A stretch of DNA of 56,317 nt from an uncultured Thermotogaceae bacterium. Its GTDB lineage: Bacteria > Thermotogota > Thermotogae > MWEM01. The notes beneath the pieces were generated by a model that worked only from the letters and a program-made list of their open reading frames with translations, made no database searches and was not told where the DNA came from. Positions 1 to 10,013 of the stretch are shown here, piece after piece (position 1 is the stretch's first letter; the number at the start of each line of letters is the position of its first letter). A program made the translations under genes and the position numbers. Location of the stretch: the NCBI GenBank assembly GCA_964629135.1, contig CAZVPY010000001.1, positions 38,011 through 94,327 on the forward strand, read 5' to 3'.

Positions 1-186
1 TTCGGAAACATAGATAAAAAGTGTTGGGAACCCTTTTGTGCAAAGAAATACCCCAAGAAATCTTCTCTGGGTCTTATTAGGATTAAAAAATCCCTTAAAT
101 GAATATTCGGCAATAGTGTTTTTAAATATTCGTTCAAGATCCTCTGTTACTTTTTTCGGACCCAGTTTTATGAAATCATCACTCAT
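1..186 (-). CDS. hypothetical protein, N-terminal fragment (gene runs off the left edge of the window)
   Basis: This ORF is absent from the track because it is cut by the window edge. The reverse strand has an ATG at 186, with GAGGGAAAGG about 7 nt upstream, 18 nt after the recQ stop. It translates MSDDFIKLGPKKVTEDLERIFKNTIAEYSFKGFF... and stays open to position 1. I recognise no family. Confidence 0.4.
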   Translation of the reverse strand, partial: MSDDFIKLGPKKVTEDLERIFKNTIAEYSFKGFFNPNKTQRRFLGVFLCTKGFPTLFIYVSE

Positions 187-204
187 TGATAATCCTTTCC
201 CTCA

Positions 205-1983
205 TTATTCATGATTTTTGATCAATTCCATAAAACGCTCACCGTATTTGTTCATTTTTTTTTCTCCCACTCCTTTAATCTGGATGAGCTCTTCAGGTGT
301 TTCTGGTTTAGACAAACTCATTTCTTTTAAAGTGTAATCGTGAAATACGATATAAGGCGGTACATTTTCTTCAATTGCAATTTTTTTTCTGAGCCCCTTT
401 AATGCATCGTACAATATGGGATTTTGTTTCCTCGTTGTTTTGATGACGGAAGTCTTTTTAACAACCCCTTTTTCACCTTTCAAAACCTCCCAAGATTTCT
501 TATTGAGTTTAAGTATTGGATATACGCCAGTACTAACATCCAAATACCCCTCTGCTGAAATAAAATTGATGAGGTCTCTAATGTCTTTTTCCTTAAAATC
601 TTGCATGATTCCATACGTTGATAATCGTTCAAAACCTTTGAGTTTGACCTTAGAACTTTTCGACCCTTTTAATACCTTGGCTACTGTTGAAGCTCCATAA
701 TATTGTTGCATTCTGTAAACACATGATAGGATTTTTTGAGTCTCAATCGTGATATCCTTTTCAATAAGATTTTCATCAAGACAATTTCTGCAGTTTTGAC
801 AATCATTTACATCAGATTCACCAAAATACAACGAAATGGCCTTCCATAAACATTCATGAGTATGACAAAAATTGATCATATCCTGCAATTTGGAATTAGC
901 GATTACAAGTCTTTCATCGTTTAAATCGGATTTCTCGATCAAAAACCGTTGTATCCTCTTGTCTATGTCGCTATACAGCAAATACGCCTGTGATGGGTCT
1001 CCGTCACGTCCTGCCCTTCCAATTTCTTGATAATATGATTCCAAGGTTTTAGGCATGTTGTAATGAACGATGTAGCGAATGTTAGGTTTGTCAATTCCCA
1101 TCCCAAAGGCATTAGTGGCAATTATTAATTCAATATCTTCAAGGATAAAAGCGTCTTGCATTTGCTTTCTTTGATCAGGTTCCATACCAGCATGGTATTT
1201 TCCAATATTGGTTTTTTTTCTTTTTAGATGTTGGTATAATTCATCTACAGTTTTTCTGGTGGAACAATAAATAACACCCGATTCTCCACTCTTCTTATCT
1301 AAAATTTCTTCTACAAATCGTCTTTTATTCTTACCCTTAATGACTTCAATATAGATATTTGACCTTTTTAAGCCTAAGTTGAAAATTTTCGGATGATTTA
1401 ATCCCAACAACTTTTGTATATCGTCTTTCACAGCCTGCGTTGCAGTAGCAGTAAAAGCTCCTATTACAGGATTCCCCTTTAGGTTACCGACAAAATCTTT
1501 TATCAATTTATAACTTGGCCGAAAATCATGTCCCCACTGGGAAACACAATGGGCTTCATCAACGGCAACTTGTTCAATTTTAATGGTTGATATACCCGCA
1601 AGAAAATAATTTGTATTCAATCTTTCAGGAGCAATATACAGTATTTTGCAATCACCATTTATGAAGCTATTTGTCCTTTTACGTATCTCTTCATTTGATA
1701 AACTGCTGTTAATATAAGTTGCATTGATATCCATTGATTTCAAATTGTCCACTTGATCTTTCATCAATGAAATCAAGGGTGATATCACAATACTTTTTCC
1801 TTTGAAAAGGAGCGCTGGGATCTGAAAACATAATGATTTTCCGGACCCAGTTGGCATAATTGCTAATATATCTTTTTTATTCATAAGGGTTTCAATAATC
1901 TCTTCCTGACCCTCTCTGAAAAGTTCGTAGCCATAATATCGCTTCAAAATTGTTTTAGGATCTTTGTTTTTTACATTTATCAA
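205..1983 (-). CDS. recQ: ATP-dependent DNA helicase RecQ
   Basis: The 592-aa ORF has the opening FREGQEEII, Walker A PTGSGKSLCFQIPA, the DEAH box VDEAHCVSQWGHDFRPSY, a Cys-rich RecQ-C zinc region (CHTHECLW...CQNCRNC) and a C-terminal HRDC-like segment (PPYIVFHDYTLKEM). The start is TTG. Confidence 0.93.
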   Translation of the reverse strand: MINVKNKDPKTILKRYYGYELFREGQEEIIETLMNKKDILAIMPTGSGKSLCFQIPALLFKGKSIVISPLISLMKDQVDNLKSMDINATYINSSLSNEEIRKRTNSFINGDCKILYIAPERLNTNYFLAGISTIKIEQVAVDEAHCVSQWGHDFRPSYKLIKDFVGNLKGNPVIGAFTATATQAVKDDIQKLLGLNHPKIFNLGLKRSNIYIEVIKGKNKRRFVEEILDKKSGESGVIYCSTRKTVDELYQHLKRKKTNIGKYHAGMEPDQRKQMQDAFILEDIELIIATNAFGMGIDKPNIRYIVHYNMPKTLESYYQEIGRAGRDGDPSQAYLLYSDIDKRIQRFLIEKSDLNDERLVIANSKLQDMINFCHTHECLWKAISLYFGESDVNDCQNCRNCLDENLIEKDITIETQKILSCVYRMQQYYGASTVAKVLKGSKSSKVKLKGFERLSTYGIMQDFKEKDIRDLINFISAEGYLDVSTGVYPILKLNKKSWEVLKGEKGVVKKTSVIKTTRKQNPILYDALKGLRKKIAIEENVPPYIVFHDYTLKEMSLSKPETPEELIQIKGVGEKKMNKYGERFMELIKNHE

Positions 1984-2042
1984 TGGTAAGTTGAACTCCT
2001 TAGTTTAAAGTCATCACATGCGCTCTTTCAATCCTTCAGAAA

Positions 2043-3329
2043 TTACTTACAGACCATAATGTTTAATATGTATTCATCAGTTATTTTCATAGCTTTAGAA
2101 CCGATGTTCGCAAGATTTTTGATGGTGTTTTCAATACCAATTTCGATAATGCCATCATTCTCCGATGCCCCATTTCCTTCAATGGCAAGTTTTGCTGCAA
2201 GATAAGCAGCATTAACTCCAGATGCAACTTTTAAGGCACATCCGGGTTTTGCACCGTCACAAATCATACCAGTAAGATTGGCGATTAAGTTTTTCATTGA
2301 CAGAATTATCTTTGCTTTGCTACCACCCATTAAATATGTCAAACCGGCAGCCACTCCTGTTGAAGCGGCAACCACTCCGCAAAGCGCCGACAACCTACCC
2401 AAATATGATTTGATGTGTATAGCCAATAAATGGCTCATAGCCAGAGCTCTTAGCATTTTTTCTTCTGGAATGCGTGTTTTTTCTGCATACGCATAAATTG
2501 GTATTGTCGCGTTAATCCCCTGATTCCCGCTTCCACTGTTACTCATAGCTGGGAGCACACAACCTGCCATCCTGGCATCAGCTGCCGCTGCTGTTATTGC
2601 TACGATATATGAAGATAAACAGTTACCAAAATCAGGATGATTTGCTTCTAACATCATTGTTTTTCCTATACGTATCCCATAGTCCCCTATTAATCCTTCT
2701 TCAGAAATAGCCATATTTAACTCTACGGCCTTTTTCAGAAAAAAAAGATTTTCAACGTTTACATTTTTTGAAAAATCTACAATTGTTTCAACATTAAGTT
2801 TGGAGTCAAACTTTTCATTCCCGTTTTTAAGATCACCAGGTTCCTTCTTGAATAAGATTTTGTCATCCCGTTCAATGAGTGAAATGTTTGAATGCTCATC
2901 TTGGATAACGACTTTGGTTTCATGCGTCATATTTTTGTTATAGCAAACACATTCCACAAACAAGGGATTTGAATGCTTTTTTATTTCAATTTCGATTTCT
3001 TCTCTTTCAAGCTTTTTCTTAGCACGCTTGATATGTTCAGTTGTTACATGTTTTAAAACTTCCAAGCCAAATTTTGATTCTCCTCCACAAGCTCCCAACG
3101 CTGCTGCTATATGCAAGCCCACCATTCCGGTACCTGGTATACCAACTCCCATACCATTTTTAAAAAGGTTGGGGCTCACAAAAACATGAACTTTCCCAGT
3201 TTCTTCACCAAGTGTTTCTTTGGCTTTTGCAGCTGCAAGTGCTACCGCTATAGGTTCAGTACACCCAAGAGCAGGAACCACTTCTTTTTGTAAGACTTTT
3301 AAAATATTATCCATGGTCTCTTTTTTCAT
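2043..3329 (-). CDS. cyuA: UPF0597 / YhaM(CyuA)-family L-cysteine desulfidase-like protein
   Basis: The 428-aa ORF is colinear with the E. coli YhaM pattern as I recall it: VVPALGCTEPIAVALAAA, VSPNLFKNGMGVGIPGTGMVG, LPAMSNSGSGNQGI, GMICDGAKPGCALK. Confidence 0.75.
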   Translation of the reverse strand: MKKETMDNILKVLQKEVVPALGCTEPIAVALAAAKAKETLGEETGKVHVFVSPNLFKNGMGVGIPGTGMVGLHIAAALGACGGESKFGLEVLKHVTTEHIKRAKKKLEREEIEIEIKKHSNPLFVECVCYNKNMTHETKVVIQDEHSNISLIERDDKILFKKEPGDLKNGNEKFDSKLNVETIVDFSKNVNVENLFFLKKAVELNMAISEEGLIGDYGIRIGKTMMLEANHPDFGNCLSSYIVAITAAAADARMAGCVLPAMSNSGSGNQGINATIPIYAYAEKTRIPEEKMLRALAMSHLLAIHIKSYLGRLSALCGVVAASTGVAAGLTYLMGGSKAKIILSMKNLIANLTGMICDGAKPGCALKVASGVNAAYLAAKLAIEGNGASENDGIIEIGIENTIKNLANIGSKAMKITDEYILNIMVCK

Positions 3330-3470
3330 CTTTTTTCCTTTCAGTTATAATAAATTTCAAAGTTTTTTAATAGCAAAATTCAATGCTGATCCTCAGGTGA
3401 ATGAATGCGTTATTTTAAAAGCATAAAATTGCTAATTTAAGGAGATTGTTCAAAGGGTTATAACCACCAC

Positions 3471-3501
3471 AAAAGCGGACTTGGGGGGATTGTCCGCTTT
3501 T
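3471..3501 (-). terminator. intrinsic terminator downstream of serS
   Basis: The hairpin is AAAAGCGGAC-(loop)-GTCCGCTTTT, with the GCGGAC/GTCCGC stem at 3475-3480/3492-3497. On the minus strand the stem is followed by TTTTG. It lies 95 nt after the serS stop. Confidence 0.6.
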
Positions 3502-3596
3502 AAATGTGAGGGGTTTTAATATATTTTTCTTTTTGAGGGGTTTATTTCTTTTTGATGTTACATCTTTTAGACTCTCAAAAAAGAAAAAGGTTCAAA

Positions 3597-4877
3597 TTAA
3601 CCAAATATCCTTTCAGCCCCTCCCATGTATCCCCTTAATACTTCAGGTACAGTAACTGTCCCATCTTTGTTCTGATAGTTTTCTAAAATTGCCACCAGTG
3701 TTCTACCAACAGCAAGGCCCGAACCATTTAACGTATGTAAGTATTCTAATTTGTTTTCTTTGTTACGATACCGCATATTTGCACGTCTTGCCTGAAAATC
3801 CGTATCATTAGAACAGGATGATATTTCTTTGTAACTTTTATACGAGGGTAGCCAAACTTCAAGGTCATAAGTCTTGGCTGATCCAAACCCCATATCACCT
3901 GTACATAGTAAAAGTTTTCTGTAGGGAAGATCCAATTCGCGTAAGATACTTTCCGCATCATTTGTTAGTTTCTCAAGCTCATCATAAGAATCTTCAGGCT
4001 TTGTATATTTTACTAATTCAACTTTCTCAAATTGATGAACTCTAATCATTCCTCGTACGTCTTTTCCATAACTTCCCGCTTCTCTCCTAAAACATGCTGA
4101 ATAAGCGCAGTATTTTTTGGGGAGCACGCTTTCTTCTAAAATTTCGTCTTTGTGCATTCCTGCTAAAAAGACCTCTGCGGTGGGGATTAAAAACATGTCA
4201 TCGGGTGTTGTCTTATAAGCCTCTTCTTCAAATTTTGGAAGCTGACCCGTTGCAAACATTGTGTCTCGTTTAACAAGATATGGTATGTTAATTTCACTAT
4301 AGCCGTTTTTTTCAGTTTGATAATCAAGCATAAAATTGATTAACGCACGTTCCAGACGGGCAATTCGATCGGAAAGAACTACAAATCTTGCACCACTCAT
4401 TTTTGAAGCCCTTTCAAAATCCATCATTCCCAGTTCAGGACCAATTTCCCAATGGGGTTTAGGATCAAAATGAAAAGTCCTGGGATCTCCCCATTTCATT
4501 ATTTCTTTATTTGATTTTTCGTCTTTACCAACAGGAACCTTTTCGGATGGAATATTTGGTAACTGTGAAATTAAATCTTCTTGTTTTCCCTCTGTTTCTC
4601 TTAACTTATCATTAAACTCCTTTATCTTGTTCCCGATCTCTTTACTTTCTTCAATATTGTTTGCCGCTTCCTCTTTTTTACCAGTTGATTTTAACTTTGC
4701 AACGGCCTTTGACAATTGATTTCTTTTTGCTTTAAGCTCATCCGCTTTTTGTATAAACTCTCTTCTTTTCTCATCTAAGGCTATTATTTCATCAATTTGT
4801 TTTGGATCTTCATTTCTGGATTCCATGGCCTTTTTTATTTGTTGAGTATTTTGTCTCAATTCCTTCACATCTAACAT
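3597..4877 (-). CDS. serS: seryl-tRNA synthetase
   Basis: The 426-aa ORF has an N-terminal coiled-coil arm ([10 protein letters not shown]...) and a class II core with the motifs [21 protein letters not shown] and [19 protein letters not shown]. Confidence 0.95.
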   Translation of the reverse strand: MLDVKELRQNTQQIKKAMESRNEDPKQIDEIIALDEKRREFIQKADELKAKRNQLSKAVAKLKSTGKKEEAANNIEESKEIGNKIKEFNDKLRETEGKQEDLISQLPNIPSEKVPVGKDEKSNKEIMKWGDPRTFHFDPKPHWEIGPELGMMDFERASKMSGARFVVLSDRIARLERALINFMLDYQTEKNGYSEINIPYLVKRDTMFATGQLPKFEEEAYKTTPDDMFLIPTAEVFLAGMHKDEILEESVLPKKYCAYSACFRREAGSYGKDVRGMIRVHQFEKVELVKYTKPEDSYDELEKLTNDAESILRELDLPYRKLLLCTGDMGFGSAKTYDLEVWLPSYKSYKEISSCSNDTDFQARRANMRYRNKENKLEYLHTLNGSGLAVGRTLVAILENYQNKDGTVTVPEVLRGYMGGAERIFG

Positions 4878-4898
4878 TCAACTTTCACCTCTGTTATT

Positions 4899-6065
4899 TT
4901 ATTTCCATTCTCCATAAGTAATCAATTTTGTTTTTTTGTGCTTTACCTCATGCCATTTGTATTTTGCCCCAAACTCCTTGCAATATTTTTCAAAATATGG
5001 AAAAAATCTCTCAATTAGCAAAGGAAGATCCATTTTCCCGGTCTCTGAGAAAAGCACCAATAATACCCTGTTTGTATATGAAAAACGGTCTCCTTTTCTA
5101 ACTTTACTGAACAATTCTTCAGAAAATTTTGGGATATTAATCATTTTCTCGAAACCCTTTTTAAAATGAACAGAAAGTAGTAACGATTTTCTATTTCGAG
5201 CGTTTAGTTCATAGGCAATAATTTTTTGAAATTCACCGATTTCCAAAAAATTCTCCTGTTTCTTAAAATCAGGCGGTACTCTAATGATTTGATTATTTTT
5301 TATAATATCGGACATCATATCTTGAATCATTGCAGGAACAGCAATGGAAAATTCATTTTCCAATCTGTTTTTAAAATCCTGATAAATTTTCATTGATTCC
5401 AATGTCTTGTTTTTTTTATTTAAATACTGTAATTTGCTCATCACAAGTTTTTCATTCAACGGAGCTATGCTCAAGCCTTTTTCATATAATTCTTCAATCT
5501 TATCTTCAGATTGGAAATTATCAATATCAATAAGCTCTAAAATGATACGAACCACTTTTTCCTGGTATTCTTTTCTCTTTCTTTTGGCCCAATTATAATT
5601 GCAAAAAGGTAAATAATCACCTGTGTAAATATCTATTGCATCTAATAGGAAACGCTTTTTAATCTCTTGATTGTTTTGTTTTTCAGCCTGAAAAATACTA
5701 TTCTCAAAAATCTCGAAATCAAAGCCAACCTCCGATGGTTTGTTTAACCAGCACACATGGGAATTTGAACGGATGAAGAATTTCCCGAAAGAATCTTTTT
5801 CGAATATTTTATCCAATCCTTTTCTTAAATAGTATAAATTAGATGATAAATTCTGCTTCGCCTTTTCCTCGTTCATATCCGGCCAAAAAATATCACATAA
5901 TTCCTTTTTTTGGACTTTTCTTTCATAATTCGTTAGCAGATACTTAAAGATATCCAATGATTTCTTTGCTCCTGGAAAATCTTTTTCGATCTCTTTTGAG
6001 TCTTTTAAAAAAATAAATTGTGAAAATGTTTTTATAAATCCATTGTACGATTGTTTATTGAACAT
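4899..6065 (-). CDS. SARP/BTAD-type transcriptional regulator with a degenerate GGDEF-like C-terminal region
   Basis: The winged-helix segment is ELCDIFWPDMNEEKAKQNLSSNLYYLRKGL, followed by a BTAD-like helical region (DAIDIYTGDYLPFCNYNWAKRKRKEY...). The last ~120 aa resemble a GGDEF fold without the GGDEF motif (see findings). I chose the ATG at 6065 (MFNKQ...) because GGAGG sits 6 nt upstream. The track ORF starts at a GTG at 6092. Confidence 0.55.
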   Translation of the reverse strand: MFNKQSYNGFIKTFSQFIFLKDSKEIEKDFPGAKKSLDIFKYLLTNYERKVQKKELCDIFWPDMNEEKAKQNLSSNLYYLRKGLDKIFEKDSFGKFFIRSNSHVCWLNKPSEVGFDFEIFENSIFQAEKQNNQEIKKRFLLDAIDIYTGDYLPFCNYNWAKRKRKEYQEKVVRIILELIDIDNFQSEDKIEELYEKGLSIAPLNEKLVMSKLQYLNKKNKTLESMKIYQDFKNRLENEFSIAVPAMIQDMMSDIIKNNQIIRVPPDFKKQENFLEIGEFQKIIAYELNARNRKSLLLSVHFKKGFEKMINIPKFSEELFSKVRKGDRFSYTNRVLLVLFSETGKMDLPLLIERFFPYFEKYCKEFGAKYKWHEVKHKKTKLITYGEWK

Positions 6066-6088
6066 TTTTGCCTCCGGAAATTCTTTTT

Positions 6089-6814
6089 TCACTGTGTGTG
6101 TTTTTGCAGATATGTTTTTAGAACTTCTAATTGTTCCTCTAATTTGTGTAAAGATTTTTCAACAGATACTTGCTCTCCATTTTTGGCATATGTTTCAATT
6201 CTTTTTAATGTATCTATAACTTGTTCAGCATCAAAATTAGAGACGCTTCCCTTTAATTTATGCACTGAATTCGCCAATTCTTCGTACTGTTTGTTATTTG
6301 CTATTTCTTTTATTAGCTTTAATTGATGAGGATAATAGTCCAAAAAATCAGAAACAATCTCGCGAACATCCTTAGAGTTCTCTAGCAATTCATGAAGTTT
6401 TTCAATATTGGCAATTTTCATTCCATTGGACTCGTTCATTCTATGTTTGTTGATTTTATTTAATAAAACTTTTTCTTCAATTGGCTTTGTTATGTAATCA
6501 TCCATGCCTGCATTTAAACATTTTTCTTTATCACCGATCATGGCATGAGCAGTAACCGCAATGATCGTCACTTTAGATTGTCTTTTTTCTTTTTCATATA
6601 CACGTATCTTTCTTGTACATTCTAAACCATCCATTATGGGCATTTGAATATCCATTAAGATAATATCGTAATGGTCTTTTTTGAAAGCATCAAAAGCCTT
6701 TTTTCCATTCTCAACAACGTTAACCTTATGGCCAAGTTTCTCAATGAGTATTCTTATTAACCTACGACTAATTAAATCATCTTCAGCAAGCAATAAAGAT
6801 AACTGCTTGTCCAT
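6089..6814 (-). CDS. response regulator receiver domain fused to an Hpt phosphotransfer domain
   Basis: The REC domain reads LLAEDDLISRR...DIILMDIQMPIMDGLECTRKIR...IIAVTAHAM. The C-terminal Hpt motif is ANSVHKLKGSVSNF. I chose the ATG at 6814 (MDKQLS), which has GAAGGGA upstream. The track ORF starts at a GTG at 6823. Confidence 0.8.
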   Translation of the reverse strand: MDKQLSLLLAEDDLISRRLIRILIEKLGHKVNVVENGKKAFDAFKKDHYDIILMDIQMPIMDGLECTRKIRVYEKEKRQSKVTIIAVTAHAMIGDKEKCLNAGMDDYITKPIEEKVLLNKINKHRMNESNGMKIANIEKLHELLENSKDVREIVSDFLDYYPHQLKLIKEIANNKQYEELANSVHKLKGSVSNFDAEQVIDTLKRIETYAKNGEQVSVEKSLHKLEEQLEVLKTYLQKHTQ

Positions 6815-6923
6815 GATAACCACGTCCCTTCATGAATCTCATAAAATTCTTAAAAGCATTGTTCCCAACAGAAAAAAAGCATTTTTTGATTATTAACCTA
6901 TTTTACCACATCACTCTGATTAC

Positions 6924-8201
6924 TTATTGTAATAAAGAAAAATAATCACGATAATCTTTATCAAAATCCAACAATTTGAGATAATCTGTAATTGAAAAAC
7001 TTATTTCTTCAGAAAGAATCTGTCCAAATCCTCCCTCTTCAAATTCATTGTATGTTCTGCAGACTTTAGGTATGAGATACGAAATGTATAAAGGTTCTTT
7101 GTAAGGATTTGAAAAATAATTATCCAAACTCAAAGGTGATTCGCCAATAAAAACACCTGTGTTTGTCCTATCACAAAAAGAAATCAGCGCTCTTATATAG
7201 GGATAGACAGAGTACTTTGAAATGAGAAAATACACTTCGCCTTGAAAGGTCTTGTTTTGAGGAAAAATGGCAAAAGCATCCGTTTGTTCATGGTATCTTG
7301 TAACTTGTTTTGGAATCAAATAACCTTCTTTTTGAGTAAGATAAGATAAAAACATTTGCAAATTATAATAATTCTCACCATCTCCCTTTGCATCTGTTAA
7401 ATCAATCAATAACTTTGAAGGGTTTGAATTAATAAGATCATTCATAACTTTTCTTATATCATAGATGTTTTGCTCTGAATACGACAAATCAAGTATCTTC
7501 AATACAGTTAATCCTTCAAAAGTTTTCAGCATATACCAACTTGATTCTATTCGATCCTTCCATGATGAGAATTCATTCCACGGAATGCGTTTGATTGTTT
7601 CTTCAAATTGATTTCCCTTATATGTATATTGAAGTCTGTATTCATTAGCTTTAAAGAATTCAGGATAAAAATTCAACAGATACCTTTCACATGCCCAAAA
7701 CCCTCTTTCTTCTTCTGTTTTTGCATAGATAAATCTCTGAAAATACTTCATAATATCTTCGGTAGATTTCTCGTTTATTGATTTGATAACAGAACCCGCA
7801 GGTATAATATTACCGAGTGATAATTTGATGATCAATTGACCATCTCTATATTTGAATAAAAAAGGAAAGACAGAGGCTGAATGTAGTGCACCTTCCCAAA
7901 AATCCAAGTATGTGAATGTATCCTCAAAATTAGTAAAAGCAGGCGCTAATTTTTCATAATATTCAAAATGACTGATAAATAACTTGATCTCCTCTGATAT
8001 CTTTTCAACATCACGGGAAAATTCTTTGGTCTGATTTTCCGTAACTAAAGGATGTTGTCTGGGTATTTCTGAAAGAATGATTTCGATTTCTTTATCTAAA
8101 TTTGGCTTAAAAAGAAAGTTCATCCAGGACATGGAAAGGAAATACAGTACAATTGCCAGTAACGCAAAGATGATGGTATAAGTAATTAAAGTTTTCTTCA
8201 T
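6924..8201 (-). CDS. membrane-anchored protein with weak peptidase S41 (tail-specific protease)-like C-terminal pattern
   Basis: The ATG at 8201 (MKKTLITYTIIFALLAIVLYFL, one N-terminal TM helix) is preceded by AAGGAGG and overlaps the stop of the upstream MFS gene (ATGA). LLIDLTDAKGDGENY and GEVYFLISKYSVYPYIRALISF...VFIGESP resemble the S41 segments lIiDLRgNgGG and vyvL....SaaE.fa..l...GE.TgG. The functional call is weak. Confidence 0.45.
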   Translation of the reverse strand: MKKTLITYTIIFALLAIVLYFLSMSWMNFLFKPNLDKEIEIILSEIPRQHPLVTENQTKEFSRDVEKISEEIKLFISHFEYYEKLAPAFTNFEDTFTYLDFWEGALHSASVFPFLFKYRDGQLIIKLSLGNIIPAGSVIKSINEKSTEDIMKYFQRFIYAKTEEERGFWACERYLLNFYPEFFKANEYRLQYTYKGNQFEETIKRIPWNEFSSWKDRIESSWYMLKTFEGLTVLKILDLSYSEQNIYDIRKVMNDLINSNPSKLLIDLTDAKGDGENYYNLQMFLSYLTQKEGYLIPKQVTRYHEQTDAFAIFPQNKTFQGEVYFLISKYSVYPYIRALISFCDRTNTGVFIGESPLSLDNYFSNPYKEPLYISYLIPKVCRTYNEFEEGGFGQILSEEISFSITDYLKLLDFDKDYRDYFSLLQ

Positions 8202-9322
8202 TTCAAACCTCCTTTTAAACTGAAAAAATACCAAATAAAAAGTGGGGCAGAAATAACAAACATGATTATAGACAAGGTGTTATACGTGTTAATTAACCCT
8301 ATCAATTCAACTAGAATTCCTCCACCCAGGTATCCAACCAGAAAACCGCCACCTTGAATAATCATCCAAAAAGCAGCTTGTGCTTTATTAGCCTGCTTTT
8401 TAGGGATTTTAAAGTGTATATAATTAAAGATCGAGTAATATATAACAATATAATTCCACCCGTGTAGGACGTGTGTTAATATCAATAGAGTTGGGGTCTG
8501 TGCTAGTGGCGTTATAAACAAACGAATACCGATAGCAAGAATCCCGGTTGCAACAAGAAACAGAGAACCTGTTTTTCTTATGATGGATTTCGCAAATAAA
8601 AGAAAAGGAACTTCACAAATTGATAGTACTGCAAAACTTATACCGACAGTACTTTCCGGAAAACCCTTTTGAGAGACGAGAACGGGTAAAAAGGAAGCGC
8701 AAAAAGAAACACCCATAATACCTACTGTTGCAGTAATTAACATTAAAATAAACGTCCTTGAACTTCCCGAATTGTCTGTAGTGTATTTTCTTTCACTAAC
8801 TATTTCGTAAGTCTTAAGTTTTCTCGAAAAGATAAAAGCTAAGATAAGCGCAGTAGTAGAGATAATAAACATAAAGATGAAGCTAATCTCAAAGAGAAAT
8901 CCCGAAAGGAGTGAAATGGTTGAAAATCCTACTGTACCCATTAACCTGGCCTTATCTAAATGCATCCCCTTTGCCATCAGAGATTCCATAACACCGGCTT
9001 CTCCTATTGGTACAACAGATGTGGCAAAAAATCCGAAAAAGATTAACGCAAATAACTTTGGAAAAAAGCCTGGCAAAAAATAAACAGCCCATACTAATAT
9101 GGCGGGAATCAAAATGAGGAATTTCAAGGTTTTTTTCTCTCCGATCCTATTCTTAAGGCTAAACCAAAAAGGATTTGCAATTAAAGCCATACCAGGTATC
9201 ACAGCCATCAAAGCCCCGATTTGAACTGGAGAAAAACCCGAATTTTCAAAATACTGAGCCATTATATTGATCATAGCTAGATTGGAATAGATAAACCACT
9301 CCACCAATGATTCAAATAACAT
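8198..9322 (-). CDS. MFS-type transporter
   Basis: The 374-aa ORF is hydrophobic throughout, with about 11-12 predicted helices and an MFS-like start (QYFENSGFSPVQIGALMAVIPGMALIANPFW). The substrate is unknown. Confidence 0.7.
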   Translation of the reverse strand: MLFESLVEWFIYSNLAMINIMAQYFENSGFSPVQIGALMAVIPGMALIANPFWFSLKNRIGEKKTLKFLILIPAILVWAVYFLPGFFPKLFALIFFGFFATSVVPIGEAGVMESLMAKGMHLDKARLMGTVGFSTISLLSGFLFEISFIFMFIISTTALILAFIFSRKLKTYEIVSERKYTTDNSGSSRTFILMLITATVGIMGVSFCASFLPVLVSQKGFPESTVGISFAVLSICEVPFLLFAKSIIRKTGSLFLVATGILAIGIRLFITPLAQTPTLLILTHVLHGWNYIVIYYSIFNYIHFKIPKKQANKAQAAFWMIIQGGGFLVGYLGGGILVELIGLINTYNTLSIIMFVISAPLFIWYFFSLKGGLK

Positions 9323-9323
9323 G

Positions 9324-9932
9324 TTATCTTACCTTCTTTAAATGATTATTGTAAAAAGCACGCAATTCTCGTGGTGTAGGTGTGTGAACGCCAACGATAT
9401 TTACATCAAGTGCTGTTTTCACATTCTTTTCAGAATCATCAAAAAAAACTGTTTCCAAGGGATTAAGGTTGTATTCATTTAAGATGTAACGATAAATTTC
9501 CTTTTCCGGTTTTATCATTTTTACATGGGATGAAATGATCAAACCTTCAAACATTTTGAAAAAATCGTATTTATTATAGGCTTTGGTAAAAGATTCCGAA
9601 TGAAAATTGGATAGGACAAACAATCTGTAATTATCTTCAGAAAGCTTATAAACAATCTCAACGTTTTCTTCTATAACAGGCAGATAATCAATAAACCCTA
9701 AAAGCGCAAATTTAATTTCTTCTTTTAGTTCAGGGATATTTTTAGCAAATAATTCAACAGCTTGATCAAAGGAAAGGGTTCCTCTGTCTAACTCAGGCCA
9801 GTACTTTGTATCCATCATGTTTTCTTTTAATAAAACTGCCTTTTCTTTATCAAACATAGTTGTTAACAACTTTAAAGGTTTCCAATCCAGAAGAACCCCA
9901 CCAACATCAAAAACAACATTTTTATAACTCAT
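9324..9932 (-). CDS. HAD-superfamily hydrolase
   Basis: HAD motif I is VVFDVGGVLLDW, motif II is LFVLSN and the motif IV-like segment is VFFDDSEKNV. I chose the ATG at 9932 (MSYKN) because GAGGGGG sits 6 nt upstream. The track ORF is 8 codons longer. Confidence 0.8.
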   Translation of the reverse strand: MSYKNVVFDVGGVLLDWKPLKLLTTMFDKEKAVLLKENMMDTKYWPELDRGTLSFDQAVELFAKNIPELKEEIKFALLGFIDYLPVIEENVEIVYKLSEDNYRLFVLSNFHSESFTKAYNKYDFFKMFEGLIISSHVKMIKPEKEIYRYILNEYNLNPLETVFFDDSEKNVKTALDVNIVGVHTPTPRELRAFYNNHLKKVR

Positions 9933-10013
9933 AAAGTACCCCCTCAAATTATTCAATTTATGCTATCACAAAGTGTATTAAAATGCAATTTTTAACATTG
10001 GTTGATAATCATT

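Noticed and set aside
3330-3470. I considered a riboswitch in the ~140-nt leader upstream of the cyuA-like gene.
   Set aside because: I could not recognise any known riboswitch core, nor a convincing terminator/antiterminator pair. It is most likely just promoter plus UTR.
3507-3543. A direct repeat TGAGGGGTTT (3507-3516 and 3534-3543) lies between the serS stop and its terminator. A possible 29-codon plus-strand ORF follows the second copy.
   Set aside because: There are only two 10-nt copies. The ORF is antisense to the serS 3' end and has poor SD spacing (14 nt). Chance occurrence cannot be excluded.
4878-4898. I looked for T-box or other leader riboswitches upstream of serS and pheS.
   Set aside because: The gaps upstream of serS and pheS are only 21 nt each (4878..4898 and 38024..38044), far too short for a T-box. 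Both genes appear to be co-transcribed with their upstream neighbours.
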